DNA of 64,000 nt from Eledone cirrhosa (lineage: Eukaryota): the NCBI GenBank assembly GCA_964016885.1, contig OZ024755.1:2852001-2916000 (forward strand), written 5' to 3'. The notes under the pieces are model-generated. The model was not told the DNA's origin. It did no database searches and saw only the letters and a list, made by a program, of their open reading frames with translations. Positions 43,303 to 58,575 of the stretch are shown here, piece after piece; within the stretch, counting starts at the first letter, position 1; each line of letters begins with the position of its first letter. The position numbers and the translations under genes were made by a program.

Positions 43303-43474
43303 GCCCAGGGTTTTAGTATTTTGTATGTGTGTATGAATGTAGATAAATATATATAGACGCATAATGCAATTTTAAACGCGTGCACACACACACACAGATA
43401 TATATTTATACTTATATATATATACTTATAAATATATGTGCTTGTACATGAACGTACGACTGTGAGGGTTAGTG

Positions 43475-43518
<44 letters not shown>

Positions 43519-43553
43519 TGTGTGAGTGCTGGTATGTATGTGTGCGCGTGTGC

Positions 43554-43638
<85 letters not shown>

Positions 43639-44039
43639 ACAACCACCAATGTGAAATGACAACACACCACCACCCAGCAAATTTTGGAGGTTTCGCTAAT
43701 GGAATAATGAAAGAACTTCAAGTCTGATTATAAGAGATTCTATAAAAAGGATTAAAGGTGTTTAAAAAAATGAATAAGCACAATGGAAAACATAACATAA
43801 ATACATGAAAATAAAGCAAAGTATAATTATAGACGAAAATAATAAAAGACGGAAGCATTTCTTAGTGAATAAGATTTCTTATTTCTTTAAAGGTGTGATA
43901 GACAATGAAATTATATAAATAAATGTTCGGACACTTAATTTAGCAAAATGAAGGAGAGAATTCAGATATTACTGTGTGTTAGTTCTAATGGGGGAGATAA
44001 GGGGTGGTAAGGGTTACAATTTAGAGGAGAGGGTAATAA

Positions 44040-44285
44040 TGGTGTTGATGGTGATGTTGGTGGTGTTGGTATTGCTGGTGGTGGTGATGTTGGCGGCGGT
44101 GGTGGTGGTGGAGGTGATGTTGGTGGTGGTGATGTTGGCGGTGGTGGTGGTGGTGGTGGTGGAGGTGATGTTGGCGGTGGTGGTAGTGGTGGTGAAGGTG
44201 ATGGTGGTGGTGGTGATGTTGGTGGTGGTGGTGGTGATGTTGGCGGTGGTGGTAGTGGTGGATTTGACGGTGGTGTGTAGATGGT
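44040..44285. repeat. (GGT)n-based repeat with gatgttggc spacers
   Basis: Direct observation; explains the Pro-rich and Val-rich ORFs. Confidence 0.9.
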
Positions 44286-44391
44286 GATATTCAAGAGATA
44301 AAAGTTTTAGTCATGTAGATTGAGATGAGAACAAATGATGGGAATGATACTAATTATATCGGATTTCAATCGGACTTTCGTCTATATACAC

Positions 44392-44440
<49 letters not shown>

Positions 44441-44607
44441 TACATACATACATACATACATACATACATACATACATACATACATAAATATACATATATA
44501 CATACATAACAAACAAATAGACCTATATAAACAAGTGTGTATGTGCGTATACGTGCATATATACACATATTTACAAATATATATATATATATGGATATAT
44601 AGGTGTA

Positions 44608-44656
<49 letters not shown>

Positions 44657-44687
44657 GTACTTATATATAGGTGTATATATGTATATA

Positions 44688-44722
<35 letters not shown>

Positions 44723-44736
44723 GTACTTATATATAG

Positions 44737-44778
<42 letters not shown>

Positions 44779-45109
44779 GTACTTATATATAGATGTGTAT
44801 ATATATATAAGTACATAAATATATGTTTATATATATATATACACTTATATATAAACACTTGAATATATGCTTATATATATATGAGAGGGAGAGAGAGAGG
44901 CAGACAGAGAGAGGTGTGTGTGACAGGTAGAGAACGGCAGAAGACAGTGAAATTGCAGACTGTTGGATATTTATTCAAAATATAAGACACTGGTAAATAT
45001 AGAGATCGAGTTGGGAACAAAAGAGATGAGAATAACTCATTTAAATTACACTAAATATAGCTTTTCTATCGGATACGTCTGATACACACATACACATATA
45101 TGTGTGTGC

Positions 45110-45144
<35 letters not shown>

Positions 45145-45146
<2 letters not shown>

Positions 45147-45648
45147 AACAGAGACAGAGGCAAGAATAAATAAATAGATAAAATACAAATGGCGCAGACA
45201 TTACAATACAACGGGGAGGAAACATAATAGTACCACTGACGATGTCACAGATGTGTGACCAAAGAACTTGGATTGACTATATATATATATATATATTTAT
45301 ATCGGTATTTCTAACCGTTGGTCAACCAAAGATAAACATTGATTGCCAAGTAAATTAACTATGGAGATATGTGTGTGGGTGTGACAGCTCACACCTATGC
45401 AGGTTTAGCTGGCCTCCTCCAAGGTATATCTCGTTGGAGGTGTCTTGGGTAATTTAATAATAGGGACCCCAGTCCTATCATCTCATTTCTACAGCTAAGT
45501 AAACTGGAGCAACGTGAAATAAAGTGTCTTGCTCATGGAGATATAAAAGATACAAAAATGAAAACCAACCCAAACCAAAATGTGAGTGTGTTCTATTATT
45601 ATTTCTCGCAATATTATAACAATATGACCCTCCCCAAATATAACTATA
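45145..45648 (+). repeat. Dispersed repeat K, copy 1 (homologous to 49095-49430), with an HHR-like motif
   Basis: Colinear similarity, including the internal (TA)n. Confidence 0.8.
45371..45534 (-). mobile_element. 5'-truncated SINE with 10-bp TSD atggagatat
   Basis: TSD at 45361-45370 and 45535-45544; empty site at ~49322. Confidence 0.85.
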
Positions 45649-45769
45649 TATATATATATATATATCATCGGCACAGATTGAACAAGTTGGCCTTCTAAAC
45701 CAACAAAACGTAAGTTCCTAGTATGACACCGTAGAAATAACTGGCCCTAATCATTATACATACATTACG

Positions 45770-47537
<1,768 letters not shown>

Positions 47538-47853
47538 ACAAGTGAGATAGCAATATAGTTTATATTTTGACTCGATCATGTTTTTTTGTATAGTTTTCGT
47601 AATATTTTTCCTTTATTATTTTTTGGGTTTCAACTTCGGTTAATTTATGGAAATATTCTTTTTCTTTACTTTGTCCTGTCTTAATCTGCAAATATTTTCT
47701 TTCAAACACGAACATAATGTACGAAATAAACAGAAGACGATTGGTTCCCATCCAGAACCCGTTAAGTCAATCAGCAATAGAAATTATATTAAAGTCTGTT
47801 GGATAATATAGTACAATTATCATATATTTATTATTATCAACAACATCGTCCAA

Positions 47854-47886
<33 letters not shown>

Positions 47887-48141
47887 CAATAACATAACTA
47901 TTATTATTATCATCATCATTATTAACATCAGCATAGATTGATCTGATGAAATAGAGATAAATATTTATCGGCAATTTGTCTTAGTGGTAAAGTTGTATAG
48001 ATGTTATTCCTGGCAATAAAGCCCATATATAGCGTGTGTTTAGTGTTCTGTCTGTTGACACTTTATTTCCATATGTCTACATTACATTCTTCCTCGTCTT
48101 AACCTCCCTCACCCCTCTATTATGGTAAGTCTATACGTGAC

Positions 48142-48180
<39 letters not shown>

Positions 48181-48499
48181 ATATATATATGTATGTGTGT
48201 CTGTGTGTGCCTATATATATAGAGAGATAGATATATATGTATATATATATGTGTGTCTGTGTGTGCCTATATATATATATGTATGTACATATATGTATGT
48301 GTGTCTGTATGTGTATGCATGCTTTAATTTAGTGAGAGAGAGTGGGGTGTAATCATCTAGAGTCATCAGATGAGTTACGTGCCTTGTTTACGTGTACATT
48401 TATCAGAAAAAATATTATCCAAATAAGAATTGATGTATCATTTCTTGAGTTGATTATACTTATATTACAGTTATATCTACGGTCAATATATAGATATAA

Positions 48500-48566
<67 letters not shown>

Positions 48567-48649
48567 AACAATGAGTTATTTATTTTGTTGGTTATTTACC
48601 CTTGAAATATATATAATAAAATAAATATGGTTTTATAAAGATTTATTAA

Positions 48650-48650
<1 letters not shown>
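48567..48650. mobile_element. Family F mini inverted insert
   Basis: Antisense tail (cf. 26206-26230) joined to a sense HHR 3' half ccttgaaatatatataataaaata. Confidence 0.65.
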
Positions 48651-48693
<43 letters not shown>

Positions 48694-48960
48694 TATATAC
48701 CTACGTATATGCATAAAGATGTGTGTACGTATATATATGTGTGTATATATGTATTCATGCATGCATGTGTATATATTTTCACATATATATATTTGCCAGG
48801 TGGTGCTATTAAGTTAGACATGGACTGGGCCAATACTGGCCGAAACCTATCAAAGTTATCAAAGTTATAAGTACAAACCAGCCATTTCTATCTTCTATCA
48901 CGTATATCACGTATTCTATTTCATATAAATACAACTATAAGCTCAGAAAATACCCACCAC

Positions 48961-48999
48961 ACTGTCTGACGAGTCGAAAGACGAAACTGGCTGTCAATG
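48961..48999 (+). ncRNA. Hammerhead core with a GAAA-capped stem II
   Basis: CTGACGA-GTCgaaaGAC-GAAAC-tggct-GTC; stem I poorly paired. Confidence 0.55.
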
Positions 49000-49094
49000 A
49001 TAGATGTTTATCTGTCAAATTCCCGAAATAAGAAGCCTGTATATACACTCACACCAAACATTATACACACACACACAAACGCATGCGCAGACAC

Positions 49095-49235
49095 GGAGAC
49101 AAGAAGAAATAAATAAATAAATAAATAAATAAAATAAAAATGGCGTAGACATTACAATACAATACAATAGGAGGGAACATAATAATAGTACCACTGATGA
49201 TGTTGCAGATCTGCAACGAAAGTACTTTGATAGAC

Positions 49236-49266
<31 letters not shown>

Positions 49267-49424
49267 TTTTTTAAACCGTTATTCAATCAATGATAAACGT
49301 TGATTGCCAAATAAATTAACTATGGAGATATAAAAGATAAAGAAACGAAAACCAACAAACAGTGAGTGTGTTCTGTTATTATTTCTGGCAATATTATTAC
49401 AACAATATGACCCTCCCCAAGTAT

Positions 49425-49430
<6 letters not shown>
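49095..49430 (+). repeat. Dispersed repeat K, copy 2
   Basis: See 45145; HHR-like CTGATGA-T-GTTGCAGatCTGCAAC-GAAA-GTAC-TT at 49194-49227. Confidence 0.8.
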
Positions 49431-49460
<30 letters not shown>

Positions 49461-49463
<3 letters not shown>

Positions 49464-49576
49464 AAAAAGCATGACCCCGACGGCAGAGCTCAAGCCGTTT
49501 CGACGGCTATTTCTGGACTAAATTAAAATTTTTAGTCCGGTGAATAAATAGCCGAACTTGACAAGGGGTACTTCCT
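49461..49576 (-). mobile_element. Family A copy with a complete HHR fold (49474-49569) but a damaged core
   Basis: ACCCC-TTGTCAA-long stem II-GAAAC-GGC..GCC-GTC|GGGGT. Confidence 0.7.
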
Positions 49577-49691
49577 TATATGGGAAGATTGTAGTTGTCA
49601 AGAGGATTGGTTAAAATTTGTTGTAAACACAAATAAGTCTATCATGGCATATATATATATATGCCATGATATATATATATATATACATATG

Positions 49692-49767
49692 CAGGGTGTT
49701 CCTAAAAAATGTATACATATATTAGAACTCTCTTGAAGTATTATGCATTTTTGGGGGGAACGCCCTC
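49692..49767. mobile_element. Degenerate Tc1/mariner-type MITE
   Basis: cagggtgttcctaaaaaatgtataca .. tgcatttttggggggaacgccct. Confidence 0.55.
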
Positions 49768-51009
49768 TATATATAAGATGGGTGGGTGCTTGTGTGAATT
49801 TGTGCGCGCGTATATCTTGAAAATTAGTATTTTTCTGGAGTTTAACGCCGAAGATCTGGAATTTAGCGCCGTAGTTGTTCCATTCATGAACATAAGCAAA
49901 TAATTTGTGCTCTAAAATGGCTTCCAGGAATTTTGTGCGTAAATAAATCTGAGTTATATCCTTTTTTTTCCACTATATATGTATACGTGTTTCTTATTCA
50001 AATCTTTTGTAAAGGGAATATTTATACTTTTAACCTTATTTAATTTTTAAAATGAAGTTGAGAAGGAATGGAATATTGGCATGAATAGTCTTTTTTGTAT
50101 TCATTCAATGTTGTAATTTTCCAGCTGCATAGGCATCTTAATCTGCTTGAATTAAGCAGATTAATTTTGAAATATAAATTTAAAGGAGAATTAATTATAT
50201 TAGAGATTAGTTTAGGCGGTTTTCCTATGTGTTATGGCTTTGGTGAAAGAGGTTATATGGTGGACGAGGTTAAAAGGGCTGAGGTCAGACACCTTTCTCT
50301 CCGGCGAGCAACTGATTCGTTTTTTCAAATATCATTTTGGAAGAAGAATCAGGATGGAGTGAGAGGTGTTGTACTCCAGCAAATTTTATAAAAGGTGGGT
50401 GAATGTGGCAAAGATGGCCCGAGTGGTTGGGCCTTTTCTCTATATAAGCCTGTAGGTTGAGGAAAAAGAGGAAGAGAGGAGGGGAGTACGCACTCTTGGT
50501 GCTCCTGGAGATGAGGGTTGTACATTTTTTTGGGGTGTGTACAACCCCTGTGTAACGCCTCCCCCCTATTGGGGATATCAATTGTTATGTTATTTTATTA
50601 ATAGTTTTATTTTCATATACCTGTATGTAAACTCCCCATTTGTATTGTCCCCTTCTTTTGTGCCTTTGTGGCTAACAAAGAAATTTATATTAGAGATTAG
50701 TTTAAAGTTGAATTCTGTTCAAAAAGATGATATTTGTAGTAAACGTGTGTGTTTATTGGAATAGAATTCATATATAGGAGTTAATAAAATTCTTCGTTCT
50801 TACTTCTTATTTTTCATTTAGCCTAAATGGAATGATATTTCTTGAATATATTAAACTTTATCCCCTTACGATGTAAGATTCCTTTGCCTTATTAGGTTTA
50901 AATAACTAAAAATGATTTTATTCTTGCGTGTCAGTTATCTGTTTACCTTCTACGAATGCTGTTAACAATTTCGTTATATATATTATAAACAAATATTATA
51001 TACATTATT

Positions 51010-51100
51010 AACTTTGCCTTTCATATTTACGAGTTTGATAAAATAAAGTACCAGTAATGCACTGGGATAATTGCTAGCCTTGTGCCAAAAGTAGAAATAA
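51010..51100 (+). mobile_element. SINE S1 3' fragment
   Basis: Consensus match. Confidence 0.8.
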
Positions 51101-51428
51101 TTACTCTATTTGCTATTGCTGTCAGTGGTATTTAATATAAGTTGTGTCTTTTTGTTTCGTCTTGTTGTTGATGCTGTTTCACTTGAATCGTTTGACTTTT
51201 CGCTGAATTTCACAACTATTTATTCCTCACCCTGTATTCAGCCTCTTGTTTTACACACTAAATTTACTCAAGTTTACAAAATCAAAATCTACACATTTTT
51301 TAATAAATATAATACCTAAAAATATAAGACAATCTAAAGACAAAGTTATTTTTATCTCTTGCAGAAACAAAATTCAATGAAACGATCACTGCTTCCATCT
51401 GAGTGGATAATGTGTTCATAAATATATA

Positions 51429-51501
<73 letters not shown>

Positions 51502-51505
51502 CTGC

Positions 51506-51541
<36 letters not shown>

Positions 51542-51791
51542 ATAGATATAGATATATGTGAATATATATATATCAAGGATAACCTTGAAACTTTAGACAA
51601 GTGACATTTCCTTTCTCTCTTACAGTCAATCTGTATAGTTTTCCGTTTCTTCATTTTCACATATATTTCGTATAATTTACTAGAATTAAGGGGAAGACTG
51701 CCGATAATTTCTTGTTAAATGAAAGGGTTAACTCTTCACGAGAGACCCAGCTGAAAAGCAGTTCCTTGCCTCTTATAAAAAAAACAACAAC

Positions 51792-51881
51792 CGAAAGCTT
51801 TGCCCTTACTAAAGCTTTGCACTTACGAAAGCTTTGCACTTACGAAAGCTTTGCACTTACGAAAGCTTTGCACTTACGAAG
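51792..51881. repeat. 17-bp tandem repeat cgaaagctttgcactta, 5 copies
   Basis: Direct observation. Confidence 0.9.
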
Positions 51882-52499
51882 CGATGACGAAGATGTTTTT
51901 GAGGTTGATGATGATGATAATGACTATGATTGTCATTTTGGTGGTAATAATGAAAAACAAAAACAATAAAACTGATGATGATGATGATTATGATGATTAT
52001 GATGACTATGATGATGATGTAATGATGCTTGAGAAATTTTTCAGAACATTAGATTTGATTAATTTCAATAAATTCTGAATAACAAAACGTAAACATAAAC
52101 ATAAACAATTAAAAAAACTGTACGTTTAGTTCGATATTGCTACATTAACGGAGGAGGGGGGGGGGGGTAAAGTGGCGGGTAATAAGCGAGTAAAAGACTT
52201 TATTATTTAAAAATTCCTAAAATTACTAAAAACTGAGAAGATAAAAGATGTAAGAAGAAATATTTCATAAAATAAAACCACAAAAACAACCAATATAGGA
52301 AGAAAAATAAAAGAGAAGAAAAATGAAAGTAAAATTTATTAATAGAAGGAAACTAAAATTCTGTAAAAATCGTTCGTTGAAGCAGATATTGGTTTGAGAA
52401 TAAGAGTGTGGGGGGGGGGACTGCTGCTTGGGGTTTTGATGGATTATTAAGGTCTTCCTCTGTTAATCCTGAGTGGCTTTGTAGTTATTATGTTCGATT

Positions 52500-52506
52500 A
52501 ACTATA

Positions 52507-52539
<33 letters not shown>

Positions 52540-53029
52540 TCATATGCACAAGAATTTATGTGTGTCTGTATATGAATGAGAATGTATATATATATATATA
52601 TATGTATATGTATGTATGTATATATATATGTATATGTATGTATATATATATATGTATATGTATGTATATGTATGTATGTATATGTATGTATATATATATA
52701 TGTATGTATATATATATATGTATGTATATGTATGTATATATATATATGTATGTGTATGTATATATATATATATGTATGTGTATGTATATATATATATGTA
52801 TGTCTATGTATGTATATACATATATGTATGTATATACATATATGTATATGTATGTATATACATATATGTATGTATATACATATATGTATATGTATGTATA
52901 TATATATGTATGTATATATATATGTAATATATATGTATGTATATGTATATATGTATGTATATATATATGTAATATATATGTATGTATATATATATGTAAT
53001 ATATATGTATGTATATGTATGTATGTATG

Positions 53030-53060
<31 letters not shown>
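52500..53060. repeat. TA/TATG compound microsatellite
   Basis: Direct observation. Confidence 0.95.
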
Positions 53061-53067
<7 letters not shown>

Positions 53068-53302
53068 GTTAGGCTGTTTACCAATGGGTAGAACTGGTGG
53101 TTGGGGTTGGTAAACGCTGATGCAACAAAGTAATTAAAGCACTCAACGTTATGTAAATCATCCATCGTAGATGTTGGTGCAGGAATGGAGAAAAGTATTC
53201 ATTAAAACATCAGGAGGCCGGACTGGAAGATTATCTTTAGAATGTTTAATTCTGCGAAAGCACTATACATATTTCGACACACACACATATATATATATAT
53301 AT

Positions 53303-53897
53303 ATGGTGGCTGCCAACTCGTTTTCGAGTACGGCCACTACTTTATATCCATGTAGGAGAACCCCTATCGATGCGCTGAACGAGTGTGACTTTTTAGTCCA
53401 GCCAGCGACTTGAAAACTCTGGTACAAACACTACACTTGTGACAATTATTGACACATAGTGCTGGGCCCATGGTACCATGTGACGACAAGTGAGAGAGAT
53501 CTCCAGATATAAAGCAATACCTGTGCCGTGAAGCTTTTATAGTGAGCAAAAGCACTGCACAAAGCCAGTCCCACTCTCTTAACCAAGATGATATTTACCA
53601 AAAAGAAGAACAAGTCAACATCATTGGATACCATCAGGGTTGCAGGTGTTATATCAGAGTTTTCCTTCTCCTAGAATTCTGCCTTGACGAAGGCTAAGGG
53701 GTCATCTCTCCTGGTGATTTTGGATGGCCATTGATTCTTAAGAGCTCCTTTGCCCTTTGACAGGTTTTGTTTTTAGTCCTGCAGGATGTCCAAAGTCACC
53801 CTCCTCACCAAGAAACCTTGGTGGGGTTGCCAGTTTAGTCGCCAACGACCCGACCAAGAGACAGGCTGTACTGGGATACATGTTACCAGTTGCACCA
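53303..53897 (-). mobile_element. Bipartite (internally deleted) RTE-derived element
   Basis: RTE 5'UTR-type motif ctaggagaaggaaaactctga joined to a C-terminal zinc finger CSVCTRVFKSLAGLKSHTRSAH and a short 3'UTR. Confidence 0.7.
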
Positions 53898-53984
53898 TAT
53901 ACATACATACATACATACATACATACATACATACATACATACATACATACATACATACATACATACATACATACATACATACAT

Positions 53985-54124
53985 TTGGTTGACGGCTGAG
54001 ACAAAGGAATATTCAATACCGAAGTAGAGTTTTAGTATTCATTTTATTAGGGCTGAATAGTGAGTCTTGTTACTCAGCAAGAGTTTAGCCTGTTTATCAG
54101 AGGGTCATCAGACAAGATGACCCT
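53985..54124 (-). mobile_element. Family I insert with HHR (54065-54117)
   Basis: TCTTGT-CTGATGA-CCCT..AGGC-TAAAC-TC..GA-GTA|ACAAGA; GAAA mutated to TAAA; short fold-back gatgaccct. Confidence 0.7.
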
Positions 54125-54417
54125 GTGTAACGTTTAGTAACTATAGCTTCACCAGATTGAGCACTCAACGCCTATGTAGTTCTTACAGTTACCGATGTTG
54201 TATTCTACATTTGGTATTACACCATAGTCGGTATCTTTAAAGAAACAGAGTTAGCAATGTCTTTCACAGCATTATGAGTTAGTCGTGGTATAGGGAGAAA
54301 GATCGAAAGTTTGAGTTAAGGAATTCAATAAAAGGGAAATTCTGACAGAATGAGAGAGAAATGGAGAGAGATATGCAGGTATTTTTTAAATATTTTTATA
54401 TGCTTACATTATTTCAA

Positions 54418-54600
54418 GTGGATTGGCAGTATCGGTAGAGGGTCGGATGCCATGCTTTCCAGCATAGTTACGTCCCTTAACGACCTGAGTTCAAATCCCG
54501 CTGAGGTTGACTTTGCCTTTCATCCTTACGGGGTCGATAAAATAAAGTACCAGTAATGCACTGGGTAATTGCTGGCCTTGTGCTAAAAAGTATAAACAAT
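54418..54600 (+). mobile_element. SINE S1
   Basis: Consensus match. Confidence 0.9.
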
Positions 54601-54891
54601 TATTTCAAGCATCCTTATAAATTGTAAATAATTTCAAATATTCTCATCTACTTACATCAAATATATGATGTCTTATTTGTTACACCTATTAATGAGAAGA
54701 CAAGACCCGAACCAGCTTGTTGGTGAAGGAGTATTATTGTTAAATGAAGTAAACAAACTATTTTAAATATATATATTTATCAGTAAACAGAAGCAAAATA
54801 TCATGTTTCCCTTCTTTTAATTATTCCACCAGTGTATCTCTCTTTTGTAATGAATACAGATATCAGAATAACAAATATGAATATACATACA

Positions 54892-54940
<49 letters not shown>

Positions 54941-56104
54941 GTATATATATATAAATAATCTTATGTTTCGGTGCGCTGTTTCCGGTTTTAGTTTCAGATT
55001 CATAACTTCTCAAGGTCACACCGAAATATAGATTCATACAACCGGGAACTCTTTGTTAGACTTACACGTATACATTCATAAATACATACATATATGCATG
55101 TATATATACATGCATATATACATGCATATATACATACATAAATACATACATACATAAATACATACATAAATACATACACATCTACATACAGATATACATA
55201 CATAAATACATACACATATACATACACATACACATATACATACATATATACATGCATATGTACATAGAAACACACACACACTCACACATATATAATATAT
55301 TATAATATAAAAGATAAATGTTACATTTGAAACAACTCTATATGCAAGCAAGGATATGCGTATATATATAATGTAACTATATATATATACTGTATATATT
55401 GTTAGATCTTATTTCAATTTCAAGTCCCTTAGAATTATCTCTCTATTTATAATTATACAATTATTTTCATCGAAATTACAGCTTTTTATTATTTATTTTC
55501 TTGTTTTTCCCTTCATCTCTGTTTTGGAAAATATTGATGTTATTTAGTGAAGAAAAAATACAGCAACGCTTGTTGATTGTTTTCAAATAAATTCAAAATT
55601 ATTATTATTGCTACTACTACTACTGCTACTACTACTACTACTATTAATACTATTATTATTATTACTACTATTACTACTACTATTATTATTATCTTTGTGA
55701 GCATGTATGTTTTTTTCTAAGCCTGGAAAGATACACTTTTTATACATGTGAATACATACTTCTAATGCGCAATAGATTGAGTAAAGATGTAGCGGTTTAT
55801 CCAGCCCATCAAACTGTTTTTTTTTTCCTCCAGTCTTTGACCACTGCTGCTACTGCTGCTGCTACTAATGATCGAATTGTGTAAAACAAAATAATGGTAG
55901 ATCATATCAAGGGTTCGATTTTCCTCCTCGATTTAAAGATTGGGCCAATAGATATGTCAACATATGTATCTATGTATGAAACTATGTTTCTATGTATGTA
56001 TGAATATATGTTTACATATATGGATGTGTGAATATATGTAGTAGATGATGCCTATTCAATTTGGAAATAAAGAAATACTATATTCCTGTTCAGGTCAGGG
56101 TTCT

Positions 56105-56510
56105 ACCTTCTACTGGTACCATTTAACCCAATACAATCTGCTCAATGGTAGAGTTGTCTGCGACTAAACCGGCTCCACTAGCAGACCCTCGTCTGAGGAG
56201 GAGAAGCGGTGGAATCCCAGAAGACCCTGCAAGAAAGAAACAAGAGGTGTTAAAAGGGTGGATGGACTCCTCAGAATCAATGACCATTCATCCCATCTAT
56301 GGGTTAAATAACCTCGCAAACCCGTGATTGGACAGGCGTGGTGAGTACTGCAACACCCTAGAAGACATGACCAAAACCTAACAGAAACCAGTGGAGATCA
56401 ACCAGAAAGGAGTTCCTCCAACTGGAGTGAGAAGCCCCTGGATTAGATTTGATACACTAGAGACATTCCAGAAGCTTCCCCTTTAGCAGTTGAGAAATTC
56501 AGGTGAAGGA
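56105..56510 (+). mobile_element. RTE 5'UTR-like element
   Basis: actggtaccatttaacccaataca..gcgactaaaccgg is homologous to minus 53828-53890. Confidence 0.5.
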
Positions 56511-56529
56511 TAACGTCAGTCATCTTCCC

Positions 56530-56760
56530 TTCTCTGACTGAATACCGGTCACTCTCCGACAGGTTTGCGGTCGTACCTTTGGTAGTGGAGACTTCTGGTG
56601 TCCTCGGCTCTAGGGCTACCTCCCTACTCACCACTATGGGCGCTGAGCTGGCCAGCCGTAGGTGTGATCCTCGCGAGTTGGAATGGCTTTTCCAGCGCGT
56701 CTCCCTTGCCGTCCTCCGGAGAAACGCCTTCTGCATTCTGTCCGCAGGGGCTGTGGGGAG
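56530..56760 (+). mobile_element. CRE-clade non-LTR retrotransposon C-terminal (RLE) fragment
   Basis: FAVVPLVVETSGVLG..A..LL....WLFQRVSLAVLRRNA matches the CRE 'P.AxET.G..G...QRLS.A.QRGNA' pattern. Confidence 0.75.
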
Positions 56761-57417
56761 GCCACCAATATGGTTGACCGACTTGTCATTTTATCAGTCA
56801 GATGTTGTAAGTGGACAGAGAAAGTAATTGTTCACAAACAAGGCTGTGGGGAGGCCACCGATATGGTTGACTGACTTGTCATTTTATCAGTCAACTGTTG
56901 CTGTCGTTAGAAACTAGATATCTATAGATGAACATTGATACTCATTTGGTTTTCTCGATTTTACAAACATCTTATACATCACTGACTGATGACACTAAAC
57001 ATTTGTTAGGAAGTATACCGAAATATTCTCTATGATTAGGTTTTGTCGGAGTTGAAAGGGGCGTAACACTGAATGCTTTTCCGTTATATCCGTTTAAATA
57101 TTTTTGTACTGAATAATAATTGGTTTGATGCAGGTAAGATAGGATTTAAGTTTAAGAATTCCAAGATAATATTCTAGAAATGATTCCACGTATTATATAG
57201 TAACGGAAGAAATTAAAGACACAAATTACCTGTTTTGAAACACTCATATGTTAGCAATATGCATAGATACATACACGGGCACACACACAAACACACACAT
57301 TTGTGTGTGTTTGTGTGTTTATGTGTGTCTGTGTGTTTGTTTGTATGTACGTATACATGAGAATGTGTATATATATGTATATATATATGCTTATGTGTAT
57401 GTATGTTTATATGCGCG

Positions 57418-57451
<34 letters not shown>

Positions 57452-58397
57452 GTTTCTACTTTAGGCACAAGGCCGGCAATTAACCAGTGCATTACTGGTA
57501 CTTTATTTTAATGTGAATATATTTATAATAATAATAATAATAATAATAATAATGTTTTCTTTAGTACATGTGCATTTTAAACAATTTGGACAAATGTTCT
57601 TCTATGAGTTAAGTTTCTAACCTTGGGCTTATATGTTTCCCTCCTCCTCCTGTCCTGATGTGACAATCTTAATGTCAGTGGTATCTGACTGCCTGCAGGC
57701 TATTTCTGCAACAAGTCTCACAACCATATCTTCATCCTGGTATTGGTTGCTGTTCAAATATTTGGACTATGCTCTTTGTTATGTCAAAGTAACATGTATA
57801 TGTATGTTTATATGTCTGAGTATGTTTATATGTCTGAGTATGTTTATATGTCTGCGTGTCTGAGTATGTTAGAATAGGTCTCCGTCAGGTTCAACAATGG
57901 ATGTTCCAGTTGTTTGATAAACAGAACCACCTGTTGCTGAAATTACTGTACAAGTGGCTGAGTATTCCGTATGCATGTTTACCGGGTTTTTAATAGTTTT
58001 TTTATGTGTTTTCTTTTGTTTGTTTGTTTGTTTTTTGTTTGTTTGTTTGTTTTTGGTTTTTGCTATAACATTAATATTGAATTTAGTAACTAAGATGATA
58101 TTACTAAAGTTATTTGCTGATAAACTACGGAGTTTGACATCTATAAACATTAATCCAACAAACGTCTTCGTACCAAGAACTCTCTTAGTTATTCTATAAC
58201 ACTTCCGATAAACAGATATCTCTAGCCACATGACAGCTCCCCCCTTGGAAATATCTTGTCATCATCGGAGACATCGTTCCTAGGGAAACATTAAATTCGG
58301 TATGTCAATTCTTCAATATTAACATGCACGCATTTTTACATGTAAGATAAAAAAGGCTCCATTCACAAACCTCGCGGCTCTATTTCAGGTAGAACAT

Positions 58398-58575
58398 TGG
58401 TTTGGCAGTATCGGTAGAGCGTCAGACACTATGCTTTGCAGCATAGTTATGGCCCTTTGCGTTCTGAGTTTAAATCCACCGAGGTTAACTTTGCCTTTCA
58501 TCCTTACAGGGTCGATAAAATAAAGTACCAGTGATGCACTGAGGTAATCGCTGGCCTTGTGCCAAAAGTAGAAAC
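58398..58575 (+). mobile_element. SINE S1
   Basis: Consensus match. Confidence 0.9.

Noticed and set aside
43962-44294. Extensin-like Pro-rich ORF
   Set aside because: (GGT)n simple repeat with no gene context
50180-50720. Possible solo LTR (TATA-like sites, repeated tatattagagattagttta)
   Set aside because: No TG..CA boundaries or TSD could be fixed
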